Below the pieces are notes generated by a model. It did not search any database. It worked only from the letters and a program-made list of their open reading frames with translations, and was not told the origin of the DNA. Below are positions 24,205 to 35,796 of a DNA stretch of 64,000 nucleotides, in pieces. The first letter of the stretch is position 1, and every line of letters begins with the position of its first letter. Origin of the DNA: Sarea resinae (taxonomy: Eukaryota); assembly GCA_026026165.1 (NCBI GenBank), contig JAPEUD010000014.1, forward strand, positions 62,001 through 126,000, read 5' to 3'. The translations under genes were made by a program, and so were the position numbers.

Positions 24205-25642
24205 ATGTCGTTGGCCGCAGCACCACCGCCGACCGGCCGTCTGGCCCGTCACCGAATCCTGTCTCCCACGGCAGCAGTGAGAGTTTCTCCCATCTGCCTG
24301 GGTGCCATGGCCTTCGGTTCGAAATGGTACTGCTTGAACCAAATCCCCTTGATCAAAGTCGGCCTCATCTAACCAGGGAATTGTCAGGACTAATCTGATG
24401 GGCGAGTGCACCAAGGAGACCACCTTTGCGATTCTCGACCACTTCTACAAGGAAGGTGGTAACTTCATTGATACGTATGGATCCTTTGCACTTGAGCATC
24501 CCTGGCACGTCAGCTAATACTCGGCAGCGCCAACAACTACCAGGACGAAGAATCCGAGCAATGGCTCGGGGAGTGGATGAAGGCGCGCGGCACCCGCGAC
24601 CAGATGGTCATCGCCACTAAATTCACAACCTGCTACCGTCCACACCACCGCGATACCGAGATCCTGTCCAACACGACCGGCAACTCGACCAAAAACTTGC
24701 ATGTGTCCGTCAGGAACAGCTTGAGGAAATTGCAGACCGACTACATTGACCTCGTGCGTTTTCTCGCCCTTTTTTTAATCCCCTGATCTGGGAAACACTT
24801 GAGATTCTAATATTGTGACCCTTAGCTCTACGTCCACTGGTGGGATTTTACCGCCTCCATCCCAGAGCTCATGCAATCTCTCAACAGCCTCGTCACCTCG
24901 GGCAAGGTCCTCTACCTCGGTGTCTCCGACACGCCGGCCTGGGTCGTCAGCAAGGCCAATGAATGTTCGTCTGTTCAACAGATTGCATCTCTATATCCCA
25001 AATTAGCAATTGACTGATACGCTTTCTGCCATAGACGCCCGCTCGCACGGCTTCCGCCAATTCAGTGTGTACCAAGGCCGATGGAACGCCGCCCGCCGCG
25101 ACGTCGAGCGAGAAATCATCCCCATGTGCCGCGCCGAAGGCATGGCCATTGCACCGTGGGGCGCCCTCGGCGGCGGCAACTTCAAGACGGACGAGCAGCG
25201 CAAGGCGAAAGGCGGACGCGCCTTCATGGGCCCGACGGAAGACGAGCTGAAAGTGTCCAAGGTGCTCGAGAGGGTCGCCAAGCGCAAGAACACGCTGATC
25301 ACGTCGGTGGCCATGGCGTACGTCATGCAAAAGACGCCCTACGTGTTCCCCATCTGCGGCGTGCGCACGATCAAGCACCTCGACGGCAACATGGATGCCC
25401 TGAGCGTCGAGCTGACCAAGGAGGACATCGACGAGATCGAGGGCGCCACCTCCTTCGACGTCGGCTTCCCGCAGAACTTCCTCACCGGCACCCCGAATGC
25501 CCCGAGACATGCCGGCGATATCGCGTGGTTGAAGGTGGCAGGCTATCTCGACGTCGTCGACAACCAGCAACCGATCCCCCCTACGAAGCGCGGGGCGGAT
25601 GAGGACGCCGCTTTGTCCCAAAAGAAGACGCTCGGAGATTAA
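24205..25642 (+). CDS. Aryl-alcohol dehydrogenase / norsolorinic acid reductase-like aldo-keto reductase
   Basis: [71 protein letters not shown] and [11 protein letters not shown]. Four introns. TATATAA near 24073. Confidence 0.92.
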
Positions 25643-26072
25643 GGTGATGGAAGTACTTTACGTAGCTAGATGATAAGATCCCATAAGGGAGAAAAGTCAA
25701 GAAATAAATACCAAAACCACAATCCCCTCTCGCAGCTTTCAGCTCTCTTTTTTGCCCAATTCAAGACCGACGCAGATGAGATGAGAGAAAAGAAGAAAAA
25801 GGGGAACCATATTCATTTCCATATGCGTGCCACAAAACTTTACTTTTGCTAACAATACGAGCGGAAATTCCTCCCATGTGGGGGACACCCCTTCCATATC
25901 GTATCATATCAAATGATATCAAAAGTATCCCACCAACTTTCAAAATGAAAGCGTAAGCGGGAAAGCGAATTTAACTCGTCATCCAAAGCATTATTACTAC
26001 TACTTTCCATCGCCCCTATACTACCCCAAGCCCCAACCAATGTGGGTTCAGGCCGGGCCAGGCAGGTCATCA

Positions 26073-27320
26073 TCACCAAATATCCAGCGTCAGCCCCTCG
26101 TAGACCTTGACCGCCTTGCCATCCAACAGCTCCTTGGCATAGGCCTCGAACGAGCGCGGAACAAAGTCCGGATACAGCTCGCTCGCGTCCAGGTAGCCCA
26201 GGTACGCGGCGTACGCGGGCGTGTTGTCGCCGCGCACGAACTTGCTGCAGGCGTAGTCCAGCCCCACGACGGTGAAGATGCGCTCCGCGTTGCTCAGGTC
26301 GTATCCGAAGGTTGCCCGGGCGGTGTCACGGCGGGCGAGGAGCTGGTCGGGCGGAAGCTGGATGGCCGAGGGGGAAGGGTTAGTTGGGGTTTATTGTTTG
26401 TTTGGTTTGATCGTTGATGGGAGTAGAGGATCCGCCGAGTTGGGGGAAGGGGGGGAAGAAAGGGGGTCGGGAAAGCAAAAGGTGCGTACGTAGCGTCTCT
26501 GAATCTGCTCCCCCGAGAGCTCCTCCAGCTTCGCAAATACCTCTTCCTGCGAGAGCACCTCTCCGTGGCAAAAGACGTATTTGTTCAGGGTTCGGGCGTC
26601 GGTGACGATCCTGGCAACATACGGGCCAATGTCGCGCAGATCGGTGATGGCGGTCTTCATGTTCCCGTCGCCCAGGATGGTCACGTTGGGAACCAGCAGG
26701 CTGGCGTAATCGACGCGTCCGGAGGGGAGGGTCGGGAAGGAGACTTGGTACCAGTATCCGACGTCGATGATCGTATAGGGGAGCCCCAGTTTGCGGATAT
26801 GTTGGTAGACTTGCTCTTTCTATCACACATGAACGGATGAGTGATGGTTAGAGGGTCGGGATATCTGATAGGGCCGAATGCAATCAAACAGCATACCTCA
26901 TCCCGTATGAACATGACGCCCCCGGGCGGGCAGACAATCATGAAGCCACAAGGCACGAAGCGTTTGACGCCTGCTTTCTTGGCCGCATCGGCGAGCGGGA
27001 TCTGATCGAGCTGAGCGTCTGGCCCGACGGCGCTGATGACGGTGTCGACGCCGGCCAGGATACCAGCCAGCTGGGCGCCATCTTTGATCTCGGCGACGTG
27101 GGTTTTGACACCGCGGTCTTTGAGCTTCATGACGGATGGCTTGGTGCTTGATGCGGGGCGGATCAAGGCTTCGACTTCCTGGATCCAGGGGTTAGTATAG
27201 TGTACGCTGAGGTAAAGCATTATACCTGCGCACTGTCTCGCCAGCTTCGAGAAGAGCGTCGACGATGACGCCTCCGGTGCGTCCCGCTGCGCCCACGATC
27301 AGGATTCTTGGCTTGGTCAT
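26073..27320 (-). CDS. NmrA-like / isoflavone reductase family NAD(P)-dependent oxidoreductase
   Basis: ILIVGAAGRTGG Rossmann motif, GVDTVISAV, DAAKKAGVKRFVPC, YTIIDVGYWYQ and DLRDIGPYVARIV. Three introns. An alternative in-frame ATG lies at 27341. Confidence 0.9.
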
Positions 27321-27615
27321 TTTGGCTTGGCTTGACAGCATAGTAATCTTGGATCTTAGATATTCGAAATTGGATCTTGACTCTCGGAGTCTCTCAAGAA
27401 GCCCTTGAGTTTCGTTGTTGACTCCGTTGCCCTTGGGGCAGCTCGTGCATTCTTATACTCTGGTTGGAGCTGCCAGACTGCTCCGAACCTGTCTGGTCGC
27501 GGACCAGGCATATCTCAGCGGCCGGCGACATAGCCTCCGGAGAGAGAGTCAATTCGATAGAGTATGCGTGAGCATTGTTGTTTGGTCCGTCTGGGATACT
27601 TGGCTGGTTTGGCGC

Positions 27616-27738
27616 GACACGGAATTCCGTGCTCACACCAAAATCGGCGAGTGTTTGTAATCATCTAACCATCTCATCATCTCATGATTCCCGCGCAGTT
27701 GACGGTGGCATAAATTATCAAGGACACGGAGTTCCCGT
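27616..27738. promoter_or_regulatory. Two candidate Zn2Cys6 binding sites (inverted CGG) in a divergent promoter
   Basis: GACACGGAATTCCGTG (27616-27631, contains a perfect 14-bp palindrome) and GACACGGAGTTCCCGT (27723-27738). Confidence 0.4.
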
Positions 27739-27846
27739 CTTTGACATCGTGTCTGATCATAAATTATTCATCGAGCGCTCAATGAGGTTGACGAAACGGA
27801 GGGATGTCCGGAGAGGCGTGTCGCACTGCGAACAAAGTGCAGAGAA

Positions 27847-29678
27847 ATGATGAAACGCCGAGGCGCTCCCGCGACGCAGCTGGAGCTCATCTGTCCATTC
27901 TGCAGCAAATCTTTCGAGAATAGCAAGTCTCTTCTTCCTCGCGCCGTGCCTGTATCTGCCTTCGCGGTTAATCTGGATTTATCCTGACTGTGCCCAAGAC
28001 AAGCAGACCGCCCGCCACGTCCGTTACTGCCGGACCAAAGCCAAAGATGGGTTACCCAAACGCCGGAGATCTTGCGCCATCTGCATCAAGGCTAAGGCGC
28101 GCTGCGACACGAATCAACCAAGTTGCTCCCGATGCGCCAATAAGGGGCTCCAATGCCTTTACGAATCCTCCAATGCATCCTCCAACTCGACGGTGGAAGG
28201 CGTTCATGGGGACGAACTTGTGCCTGTCGTCCATCAAATAGAAGCAGCCCCATCTCCTAATGACCTTCCCGAGCAGACAGCCTCGGAGAGCAGTCTCACG
28301 CCCCTTTCCACCAGACGAGGAAATTCCCCATGCGACTTCAGGCACCTCTTTGTAGGAAACAGCTTTAACGATGGCCTATCTCCCGACACGTGGCCGGACT
28401 TACAGCCGAATCCGGGGGCCGGCAATGCCGATGGAACCTCATTCTCAGACGGGATGCTAGACCTCCTGTCGTCGGACTCCCTCTCCTGGAGTTGTCCATC
28501 CGACAATATCCTTCTTCCCCAGATCTATCATTTCAAGGACCGAGTCGTTCGGGGCAGCTTCTACGTCATTGACCGCTCGCCGGCATTTGTCCCCTTGGAC
28601 ACGAAGACTATATTAGAGAAGCGAGATCTGAAAGCGGGTCCTCATGGCTCTGCTCTTGCCCGTGCATATTGCATGAGCACGTTGCGGTCCTACCCTGACA
28701 TGATGTGTCGCGATGATGGGACGCTGCCGCCTTTCATCCACCTCCTCTCTCGACCGTCTATCTGCAAAACGGATTCTAAACGCGTCGATGACTACAGAGC
28801 AGCGCTGCCTGAGCCGCTGGCTATATGTAGCAGTATTATGCGGATGTATATGGCGAGAGCGCCAGGGAACCTGGCTTTCATTTGGAGGACGATTCAAGCG
28901 GAGTCACGGCGGATTGAAGATGAGGTCAGTGTCATGTTCTGAGACCATTGGCCCTTGTCTGAAAGACACAGTATCGGTCTTACGATACCTGGAACACACT
29001 TGCCTCCATCCAGGCCATGACCACATACCTCATCCTGGGTCTACTGGACGACTGTAGCGAGTATGCTGCAGACCAACACATCCTCATGCCGTTGCTCAGC
29101 ACAACCAAAGTCAGTATCAAAGCTCCTGCAGATTTAGATGGTAGGACGCTAATGTTTCCCTCCCAGAGAATGGCTGACAAGCTTCGACCTGTCTTCTGTC
29201 TGTGCAATGAAGAGATCCAGTCGGATCAAATCCCGGCTTGGGAGGAATGGGCGCTGGTTGAGTCTCGCCGACGGTATGTCGCTTTCCCCACAACATGTGG
29301 CTTGCTGGGCTGACTGGTCTGCTTCAAATTAACAGCACAGCAATCATTCTCGTGATCATAATTCACTTATTCAGCATCGAGCACGCATCAGGTCTGCCGC
29401 AATGCGGTGGTTTTGCCGAGCTACTGCTGCCCTGCAGCAAGACCTTGTGGCAAGCGCCCGACCAAGCAACCTGGGAAACAGAGTATCGCAAGCAACACAT
29501 GAGATGTAGCAGCTTCGGTGAAAGCTCGAAGAGGATTCTGACCTATCGAGATCTCTTGCCCGATCTTCAGGACCAGAATGACCCGACCAGCGCTTCGAGA
29601 ATGGGCTATCTGAGCGAATGGTTCTCGGGCATGGACGACTTTGGGACGCTGGTGACGATGGCCATCTCGACACTGTAA
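27847..29678 (+). CDS. Zn(II)2Cys6 transcription factor with an N-terminal C2HC zinc finger
   Basis: CPFC-x12-H-x3-C, then RRSCAICIKAKARCDTNQPSCSRCANKGLQC. Later TLPPFIH and WEEWALVESRRR, and LPCSKTLWQAPD...WETEY, with C-terminal MDDFGTLV. First intron is GC-AG (27923-27998), followed by three more introns. Confidence 0.9.
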
Positions 29679-31096
29679 CTTGAATGACATGTTCAGAGGC
29701 CGACGTCTACTGTTTGAGGCGTCTTCCGTGCTTGATCACCGGCTGCAGTGACTACTCGTCTCGTCGCTCGCATTACAAGTGATTTAAAGTAGCGTGATTA
29801 TCAACAACGGGGCCGAGTGAAGATCCTATATCTCCAGTGAAACGGCATTGCGTCGATGCTGCTGACCGAATCAACGTCCTAGTAGAGGGCCCAAGTATTG
29901 CAGCGCGGCTGGCCAGGACGATCAGGCTTGAAGCAAGCCGTTGTCGCTCTGCGGCAGGAGACATGAGCAGAGACCCAGCTCGGCCGAGGATTCCACGGGA
30001 AGAGAATATTCAGAAACACGACCAGAAGAATCTCGATTGTTCTCGGATTTCCCCCTTGCGCAGAGCTGGGTCCAGCCATGGAATCGCCCCTCCCATCCAC
30101 ACCCCGCCAAAACCCCACTTGCATAGGCATCCGCGCGCGGACAGAGGCGATCTGCGGCAGACCTATTATCGTCGATGAGCTCCTTTTTCAATCTACAAGG
30201 GATCCCTGAGTGGCCTCTCTGTAGCCTCACCACGAATGGGACCGAAGCAAACGACGAAGACGACGTCAATGACGGGTCAACGACGAGATAAACCTGCTAC
30301 GCGCCTTTCCTCTCTTGTACCCTTGACGCCGGAAGATATCTTAGTAGGTTAGTAGGCGATAGAATCACCAGCTAGGATAACAATGATCAAGAGAATACCT
30401 TATTCAAGATCACCTGCCTTACTGCCCCTTCTATATCCTTTTTGTCTATAACTCCACAAAATCGCCCAAGTCTGACCGACCCTACGATTTCCCCCGTCAG
30501 AACACCTTTTCCTTCCTACCTACCTAATCCTGTATCCTTATCCTCATACCGTACCACCCAGCTCGAGTCATAGAGAAACAAACAATGCCTAAACAACAAC
30601 ATAATCCCCAGGTATGAAGTACTACGCAGTACTGCGTCGTTGACACAGGCCCAGCCAAACGGTCTCGTCTCTCCAGCGAGCGCGGAATTAGTTCCATCTC
30701 CATAAGGCTGAGGTACACAACAAATCGGTGTCTCGGCGTGAGTGGAAGAGCGAGCGGCCCAGAGCGAGAGAGACCGCTGACTAAGCGGACTGATATCAAT
30801 GCAGGTGGGCGATGATAGCTAGAGGTACCTTGGTACCCAGCGGGATGACGCCCGCCTTATCTACCTAGGTACCTAAGGTAGGTAGGTATCTTACCTGATG
30901 CGAAATCTTGGGGACAGGGCGAAATAATAGCGGAAAGGGAAATGCGACTACTACTTAAGGCAAGCCAACAGCACAGTGGAGGGGGGCAATGAAATGCTTC
31001 CAAAGAGCCCAAGGTCATCTCAGTCGCCTTGGTCGGATCCAGATTTCTAGGAGACCGACGATTGCGTCGCAGGGCGCCTGGACTTGCTTTTCCATC

Positions 31097-31848
31097 ATGA
31101 GCGCCGCAGCTTCTTCTTCTTCTTCTCCTCTTGTCGCGGGGAAAGCTCCCAATAACGACAACGATGATGGGAGCGACAAGCCAACGACGCGGGAGAAGCT
31201 ACCGAAGCTTTCCGATGCCGAATTGAGGATCTATAATAAGACGGCTATGAATATGAATGCTTTTGTGAGTGGACCTGAGTTTTTTTCTTTCATTGAGAGC
31301 TAGCTTTTTTTTTTGGAGGGTAGCCGGCATGTAACTTCGATATGGCGATGGCGATGACGATGACGGGGTGGCAGACTTCAATTCTAATCGCTTAAAGACT
31401 AATGGAAGACCAAATGCAGCACAATCATTTCCGAGAGCAATGGAACACCCTCTATAGCGCCTGCACAGCGGCTCGCCGGCCGCCGGGCTATTCCATCCGT
31501 CAGTTCATCAATTATGGTCTCGAGTTTTGCGGCGGACTTGGCTTGCACCACTCCATCGAGGAAGAGCACATCTTTCCGATCCTGGCGAAAAGGATGCCGG
31601 CGTTTCGCAAAGAGCTCGAGCTGCTCACCCAACACAAGCAGATTCATGTCGGCCTTGACAAGCTCGAGCTTTATCTGGAACAATGCCGAACGGGAGAGAG
31701 AGAACTCAGACTTGAAGAGATGAAAGAGATAATGGATTCGTTTGGGAAGGTATTATGGGAACATCTCGACGACGAAGTGAGAGAACTGGGAGCAGAAGAG
31801 ATGAGGAAATACTGGACACCGGCGGAAATGAGGCGGATCCCACTATAG
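31097..31848 (+). CDS. Hemerythrin-like (HHE cation-binding) protein
   Basis: LPKLSDAELRIYN...MNAF, intron 31265-31419, then HNHFR...HHSIEEEHIFPILA...QHKQIH...LWEHLDDEV. Confidence 0.88.
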
Positions 31849-31990
31849 ATACCGGGATAAGATCAGCATGAAATCCTTCCACGGTTGAGCTTTTTCCTAG
31901 AACATCGCAGCTGGTGAGACAGCTTCTGATATAAGGCGTTTCGGTCATAAGCTTTCAGGTAGATATGGCGAGCATGCGCCGAAGACTCGT

Positions 31991-32969
31991 TCATGAGCTC
32001 CATTGCGTGTTCTTTAATCGTTGCATAAGATATTCGACTTCAACTTCTTTCGTCAGGGGGATAACCCAATCCTGTTCCAGCATTAGCAATTCTACCGGCG
32101 CTTGCCTTGATTGACAATAGCGATGATCAAGATGATCAAGATCTCTAAGAAGTCGATGCAGTATTTAATTGAGAAAATGCATACCTTATACATGGCAACC
32201 ACAGCATCTAGATTGATTTTCCCGGGTGTTTGGGCCTCAATGCTTGGATCGGTGCCATAAGTCTTGGCCTTCAATCTCAACCTTTCAAGTACTTTCTTCT
32301 CCACCTTCTCGTCGGTGATCGCGGCCCCGATACCGTCACGGTCGCCGGCCCGGATGAGCTGAACAAACCTGTCCGTCTCTTTGCGGAACTTGGCTTCGGC
32401 CACAAACTTGCCAAAGTGTATGCGGCGTGATAATGCTTGCAGACAGGAAACGTCGCAGACAGCGGTCGATCCGTAATTTTCTTGCGCATCGGAGCGCTCT
32501 TCCCGGCCAAAGTCGGTACAGGCGGGGGGGAGGATGTGCTCGATGTAGCTCTCCTTCAACTTGGCGTTCACATTGACCGTATTGGGATGTAGGACCTCAG
32601 GGTAGTGTAGAGCAGGGAGAATCGGCTCTTGGATGGCATCGGGAAAGAATGGGTACTCGTCCGGTGACTGGTAACGACGGACAAGTGATTGGAACCGTTC
32701 TTGTTCGCGCAGCATCCAGTCTAGAAGACTGAGATCACTGCCAGGGATCTTGAGGGCTCCAGGAACGTAGACGGTGTGATTGAGCGGGAACTGGACTCGC
32801 TCGATCAGATGGAAGGTGATGGTGTCTTCAAGGCGACTTTGGAAACTCCACCATCAGCACGAGACAGTGGAGGATTACAAATCGGGGGGATCACTGACAT
32901 CAATTGGAAGCGAATATTTGCAAGATCAAGAGCCTTGGAGGCGTCGGAGAGATCTATTGCGGTGTCCAT
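31991..32969 (-). CDS. ARO7: Chorismate mutase
   Basis: [58 protein letters not shown] and [18 protein letters not shown]. Two introns. Confidence 0.96.
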
Positions 32970-33506
32970 GGCGGCAGCCTGGTATTTCCGCGCCTTTCCC
33001 TCGAGCTTTCGTAGAGAAGAGAGTACACTTAGTCGAGGGATAGGTGAAGTGACTTGGTCCGTAGGTATGGAGATTGCAAAGCCAATGCCGAAGCGGAGAG
33101 TTGGAATGCAATTGTTCCCCGCTGACGATAATCGGTGGATCAACAATCGCAGTCACCTACGCAGTACTCTACGCAGTACTTCATACTATGAGTACAGTCG
33201 AGGTACTGCGGTAAGGTACTACTCTCGGAGCACGGAGTACAGAAGTGAACCTGCGAGGCTCCACGGGCTGCTACTGCTATCCATTGTACGTCGCTTATCC
33301 GAGATCGGCTACGTGCCACTCTGTGGCTGTCCTGCGACCTCATCAGCCGCAAGCGATCATTGGCGATCTTTATCATTACATCCTGCAAGTTCCGAATCGT
33401 CAACAACAAGAAACACAAAAGTTGCTCCCGTGTTGTCTGCGTGCTCGGGGAACGAGCAATACCATTTCTATCCTCCACAGGCACAAAGGAGCCATCTGGG
33501 TCCCTG

Positions 33507-35796
33507 ATGGCTGCTCCTCGCGGCCGCAGCACGTCGCGGTCTCCCAGTCCGCCACCAATAGCCCAAGACGAGGAGGACTCGATCCTCGGAAATGCCCTCT
33601 CGGTAAATGCTCTGGGAGGCGAATTCCTAACGATACAATGGCTGACTTTGATCAGACAAAACAAATCGAAGCGTTCTCTCGCAAGGTCACCACCACTGCT
33701 GGTCACCTGATCGGCCCGCTCGGCGATGCGGGTAGTTCTCATTATCAGAATGCAATGAACGATCTGCATCGGGAGCTCCGCCGTCCTAACATCCAAAGAA
33801 GCGTTTTTTCCTTTGCCCAAACATCACCTTCCGAGATTGTACGATCCAAGCTGTCGACCTCCGAGATTCACCATCGAGCTCTTACCTATCTTCCCGACAC
33901 GCTGCTAGCAAACATACCCGAGGATGAGAATGTATACTCGCTCTTCCAAGGCTTCCAGGCAACCTTGCCTGAGAGTGAGAAAGGACACAAGAAGAGGCAC
34001 AGTAGGCATGGATCACGGAGTCAGAAGCTACTCGAGGACTCCGCCGGTGATCCGGAGGGGCCACCTCCCATGGCCAAGCTAAAGAAGGAAAAGAGCACTC
34101 TGAACCACCGGCTGGAGATGATGGAAGTAAGAAAAAATATGTGCAGCGCAGAGATCCGGGAAATTGATATCAAAATCGCCAACCTAAGCAACATGCGGAA
34201 AATTGTGCTGGATAGATTGGCCGGTTTAGAGCAAGATGAAACACGGCTGGAGCATCATCGTGAGTAGCCCTCCAAGGCAATTATTACTTTTCATATTGAG
34301 CAGAAATTGACGGCCTACTAGTCTCTGATGTCGATAACAGACTTGAAGATCTACAGGAAGAGCTCGAAGACGCCGCCGCCTTATCACAGTCTTCGAGTAC
34401 TCTTAGGGGTGAGGCAGAGTCGGAGGCTACCCTTGCCGAATCTCAAGCCATGAAAGCCTCTTTCATGTCCGAATCTATATACGAAAAACTGCCAGCACCA
34501 AAAATGAAACGACATAAGACTATGAGTATGTTATTTCATTTCTATGCTCTTGCTATTTGCTGATGCTTTGAGGTAGAGCGGAGATCGATGCCCATTCTAC
34601 ACGAGCATTTTGAGCCTGGTTCGAATATCAAGGAACTTCCTGCGCATAATGACATGATCAGCGCGCTTGATTTTGACGTACCGTTCGGGACGATGGTCAC
34701 GGCAGCTCTAGATGACACGGTTCGCGTCTGGGACTTGAATAGCGGCCGATGTATGGGACTATTAGAAGGCCATCATGGTAAGTTTCCTCAACTCAATCCG
34801 TAGTTGCTTGCCATGCTAATAGAGCTGTAAAGCATCGGTCAGGTGTTTACAAGTGGAGGACAACATTGTAGCTACCGGATCAATGGACGCTTCTATCCGT
34901 CTCTGGGATCTCAGTCGAGCCGAATATGCACCACGGCAGAACAACAACATCACCGATAAGGGCGAAGAAGATGAAGATGACGGTCTTGGTTTTGGAAACC
35001 CGGAGGATCCTCCCCCACCACCTCCAGCTTCTAGTATGCAGGATTGCCCGATCTTCACCCTTGACGCCCACGTTGATGAAGTCACGGCACTTCACTTTAA
35101 GGGTGACACTCTGGTCTCTGGATCCGCAGACAAGACTATCCGTCAATGGGACCTCGAGAAAGGCCGCTGCGTGCAGACGCTCGATGTTCTATGGGCTGCT
35201 GCTCAAGCTTCATCGACGATTAGTTCCAGCAATGGAAGCTGGCGGCAGACAGGTCGATTGCCAGATGCCACGGCAGACTTCGTTGGCGCTTTGCAATGTT
35301 TCGACGCCGCGCTTGCTTGTGGAACTGCCGATGGGATGGTACGGCTCTGGGATTTGAGAAGCGGTCAAGTTCATCGAAGTCTAGTAGGTCACACGGGGCC
35401 GGTGACCAGTCTGCAATTTGATGATGTCCATCTTGTGACCGCGAGTATGGACAGGAGTATTAGGGTAAGTGGAATATGTCCGGTGCATGGCTGCGACGGG
35501 TCTTGCTAACGTCATCACAGATATGGGACTTGCGGACGGGGTCGATTTTTGACGCATTCGCGTACGATAGCCCGATAACGAGCATGATGTTTGATGCGCG
35601 AAGGATCGTCGCGGCCGCCGGCGAGAATGTCGTCAAGGTGTACGACAAGACCGACAGCCGGCAATGGGATTGCGGCGCCGGCGTCGCAGCCGAAGAGGAA
35701 GGACGCAACCCCGCCATTGTAGAACGAGTGCGGATCAGAGACGGGTACTTGGTCGAGGGACGAAAGGACGGCATGGTGGGCATCTGGACATGTTGA
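33507..35796 (+). CDS. MDV1: Mitochondrial division protein Mdv1/Caf4 (coiled-coil + WD40)
   Basis: [53 protein letters not shown] and [26 protein letters not shown]. Five introns. Confidence 0.93.

Noticed and set aside
26065..26075. Stop-codon readthrough or selenocysteine at TGA-TGA-TGA ending the IFR-like gene
   Set aside because: Tandem stops reinforce termination. There is no TGA-CTA context, downstream PTS1 or SECIS-like element.
24205..29678. Secondary-metabolite biosynthetic gene cluster
   Set aside because: No PKS, NRPS, terpene cyclase or transporter nearby, and the flanks are housekeeping genes.
29770..30300. Overlapping 60-115 aa ORFs downstream of the transcription factor
   Set aside because: No recognisable domain, splice pattern or codon bias in any frame.
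33245..33506. ORF-track N-terminal extension of MDV1
   Set aside because: It starts at a non-ATG codon in promoter DNA. The ATG at 33507 plus a canonical intron gives a sensible N-terminus.
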